Below are positions 60,489-64,000 of a stretch of 64,000 nt of DNA, piece after piece (position 1 is the first letter of the stretch; each line of letters starts with the position of its first letter). The DNA comes from the human T2T-CHM13v2.0 reference genome, Homo sapiens: the NCBI RefSeq assembly GCF_009914755.1, contig NC_060927.1. One strand, written 5' to 3'. Under the pieces are notes generated by a model. The model searched no databases. It saw nothing but the letters and a program-made list of their open reading frames with translations, and had not been told where the DNA came from. A program made the position numbers and the translations under genes.

Positions 60489-61077
60489 TTTTAGTTTTAT
60501 TTATTTTTATTATTATTATTATACTTTAAGTTTTAGGGTACATGTGCACAATGTGCAGGTTAGTTACATATGTATACATGTGCCATGCTGGTGTGCTGCA
60601 CCCATTAACTCGTCATTTAGCATTAGGTATATCTTCTAATGCTATCCCTCCTCCTCCCCCCACCCCACAACAGTCCCCAGAGTGTGATGTTCCCCTTCCT
60701 GTGTCCAAGTGTTCTCATTGTTCAGTTCCCATCTATGAGTGAGAACATGTGGTGTTTGGTTTTCTGTCCTTGCGATAGTTTACTGAGAATGATGATTTCC
60801 AATTTCATCCATGTCCCTACAAAGGACATGAACTCATCCTTTTTTATGGCTGCATAGTATTCCATGGTGTATATGTGCCACATTTTCATAATCCAGTCTA
60901 TCATTGTTGGACATTTGGGTTGGTTCCAAGTCTTTGCTATTGTGAATAGTGCCGCAGTAAACATACGTGTGCATGTGTCTTTGTAGCAGCATGATTTATA
61001 GTCCTTTGGGTATATACCCAGTAATGGGATGGCTGGGTCAAATGGTATTTCTAGTTCTAGATCCCTGAGGAATCGCC
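60489..61077 (-). mobile_element. Young L1PA (PA2/3-like) 3' end nested in older L1
   Basis: TSD agtgtcctctcttttt at 60473-60488 and 61078-61093. Confidence 0.9.
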
Positions 61078-64000
61078 AGTGTCCTCTCTTTTTAGTGTAG
61101 GTAGCAGTTTGTCGATTTTGCTTATCTTTTCAAAGAACAAATTTTTCATTTTGTTGATTTTTTATGTTGGATTTTTAGTTTCTATTTCATTTAGTTCTGC
61201 TCTGATCTTTATTATTTCTTTTCTTTTGCTAATTTTGACATTAGCTTGTTCTTGCTTTTCTAATTCCTTGCGATGGGTTGTAGATTGTGGATTTGTACCT
61301 TTCTCCCTTTTTGATTAGGCATTTATTGCTATAAATTTCCTTTAGCACTGCTTTTGCTGTATCCCTCAGGTTTTGGTATGTTATGTTTCCATTTTCATTT
61401 GTTTCAAGAAATTTTATTTCTTTATTGATCCAATGGTCATTCAGGAGCACACCGTTTAATTTTCATATATTTGTATGATTTTCAGAGTTCCTCTTGGTAT
61501 TAATTTGTGGTTTTGTTCCATTGTAGTCTGAGAAGATACTTGATATGATTTTGATTTAAAAAATTTTTTAGATTTGTTTTGTGGCTTAACATATAATCTA
61601 TCTTGGAGAATGTTTCATTTGCTAATGAAAAGAATGTATATTCTGCAATTGTTGGATAGAATGTTGTGTAAATGTCTTTTAGGTCCATTTGTCTTAAAGT
61701 CCAGTTTAAATCCAATGTTTCTTTGTTGATTTTCTGTCTAGATGATCTGTGTAATGCTGAGAATGGGGTGTTGAAGTCCACTATTATTGTATTGCAGTCT
61801 AGCTTTCTGTTTAGATTCAGTAATATTTGCTTTATAATTCTGGGTGCTCCAGTGTTGGGTGCATAGATATTTAGAATTGTTATATCTTCTTGCTGGATTG
61901 ATCCCTTTGTAACTATATAATGACCTTCATCATCTTTTTTTTTCTTTTTACTGCTCTTGACTTGAAGTCTGTTTTATCAGATATAAATATAGCTACTCTT
62001 GCTCACTTTTGGTTTCTGTTTGCATGGAATATCTTTTTTCAGTCTCTTTACTTTCAGTCTATATGTGTCTTTACTGTAAGGTGCATCTATTGTAAGCAGC
62101 CATTCTATATCTTTTAAGTAGAGAATTTAATCTGTTTTACATTCAAGGTTGTTATTGAGGCTTTGTTCCTGTCATATTGTTAATTGTTTTCTGGTTGTTT
62201 TATGTATTCTTTTTCCCTTTTTCTCTTATTATTTGTCATTGTGGTCTGGTGGATTTCTGGAATGCTGCCATTTAAGTCCTTTGTCTTCTTTGTGTGATTG
62301 CTTCATCAGTGAGTTTTGTAATTTTGTGTGTTTTTATGATGGTATATGTCATTGTTTTGCTTCCAGGTTTAGGACTCTCTTGATCTTATTGTAGTGCCAG
62401 TCTAGTGGTGACAAATTCCCTCAGCATTTGCTTATCTGGGAAAGACTTTATTTCTCCTTTATTTTTGAAGGTTAGGTTCACTGAATATAGTATTCTTCTT
62501 TGGTAGTTTTGTTTTTCTTTCAGTACTTTGAGTATATTATCCCATTCTCTTCTGTACTGTAAAGTTTCTGCTGAGAAATCCATTGTCAGTCGCATGGGGT
62601 TTCCTTTATAGGCGGGTATGCAGTTTTTACTTGCTGTTTTTAGGATTTAGTTTTTATCTTTGACTTTAGGCAGTCTGACTATAATGTATCATGGAGACCT
62701 TTATGCATTGTATCTGCCTAGGGATCATTGAGACTCCTGTATCTGAATGTCTAAATCTCTTGCTAGACTTGAGAATTTTTCATCTCTCATTTTATTAAAT
62801 AGATTTTCTAATCTTTTCATTTTTCTCTTTGCCCTTGACGATACTGATAATTTGTATATTTGGTTGTCTTGTGGTGTCCCAAATGTCATGAAAGCTTTTC
62901 TCATTAAAAAAAAAATTATTTTTTTGTTAAGTTTTTGTCTGACTAGGTTTTTTTTTTTTTTGCTTTTGTCTGATCTAATCTATTGTTGCAGCTTTCAAAT
63001 GTATTTTATATTTCCTTCAATGACTTATTTAGTTCCAGAATTTCTATTTGGTTCTTTTAAAAAATATATATCTCTGGTAAATTGCTAGTTTATATCCTGA
63101 ATTGTTCTTTTGATTCTTTGTATTGTTTTTCAGAACTCTCTTGCAACTGACTGAACTTTAGAATCAATATTTTGAATTATTTATCTAGAATTTTGAAGAT
63201 TTCCTTTTTATTAAGATCTGTTGCTGTACAATTATTGTGTTCCATTGCAAGTGTCATATTTCCTTGCTTTTTCATGTTTCCTATGTTCTTATGTTGACAT
63301 CTGTGCATCTGGTGTGAACTGTTGCTTCTTCCTATTTTTCAATGTACTTTTGAAGGGGAGGACTTTTCCCTGAAGATGTGTCTGTGGTATTGGTTGGGTA
63401 GGGCACTTTGACTTTGATTCTAGGTATGTGCACTAGTGTTATCTCTGTATGATTTATTTGGCTGTAAACAGCATTAGTGCTTTGTGTGATTTCCTCAGAG
63501 GGTTAGGGTGCAGTTATTGATGGAGGGTGTGGTGAAGTTGTGCTAGGACCTGGGAAGCCAAGTGAGCCAGTCCTTAGACCACAGTGGTGGGCTAAGCATG
63601 CCTGTCTTTGTGTCCCATGGCAGTATATGTGCTGGCAACTGTGTTGATATTTAACAGTGGGCTGATTCTTTGGCCTCCAGATGGCTAACTTGGATGCCAG
63701 TAGTGGTAGCAGTGGGCCAGGCAGGTGAGTGGGTTCTTGGGTCCCTGGGCAGCTGACGTGGTATGGATGATAGCAGTAGCTTTATTTGGAGGACCTTCTG
63801 GGTCCTCAACAGTGCTGGTGGTGACTGTAGTGTGGGGTTGCTCCCTGTAATTCCAGACATACTGGGCTCAGGCTCTCCTGCTTTCTGCAACAGCAGCATA
63901 GCACCATGTGATGGTAGTGGGGGGCTTTACCTTCATGCAGAAGCCTGGGCACAGAAACCTCATGGTCAGTGGGTTTGCAATCACCACTTACCACCATAGA

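Larger units (their letters stand above)
57085..64000 (-). mobile_element. Long L1 (L1MA/PB-type) with ORF2 and ORF1 remnants and nested insertions
   Basis: ORF2 ([20 protein letters not shown]), ORF1 (RLTMDFSAETLQYRREW); Alus at about 58290-58590 and 58760-58898. Confidence 0.85.

Overview
Primate (human-like) genomic DNA, mostly interspersed repeats (Alu, L1, L2, ERV/MaLR LTRs, MER2/MER30 DNA transposons). It contains three intronless, CpG-island-embedded paralogous genes on the minus strand. I recognise these from sequence and spacing as the proline-rich PRR23A (14471-15271), PRR23B (28866-29663) and PRR23C (52846-53634) cluster, which from memory lies next to FOXL2 on human 3q22-23. The genes are known but functionally almost uncharacterised. 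Main observations: (1) all three proteins end in a cyclin-docking-like RRLF (Cy/RxL) motif and carry many S/T-P sites and a 19-aa hydrophobic repeat, with an NLS-like motif intact in A and B; (2) the PRR23B and PRR23C promoters share an 80-bp identical block followed by a divergent pair of CTCF-like motifs; (3) identity is mosaic across the paralogues, with near-identical CpG islands inside very diverged duplicons, suggesting gene conversion; (4) several unusual retroelement events: repeated Alu insertion at one target site, locally templated inverted insertions in L1s, a 5'-inverted L1 and an orphan mRNA-3'-end-like insert. Repeat boundaries and subfamily calls were made by eye and are approximate.
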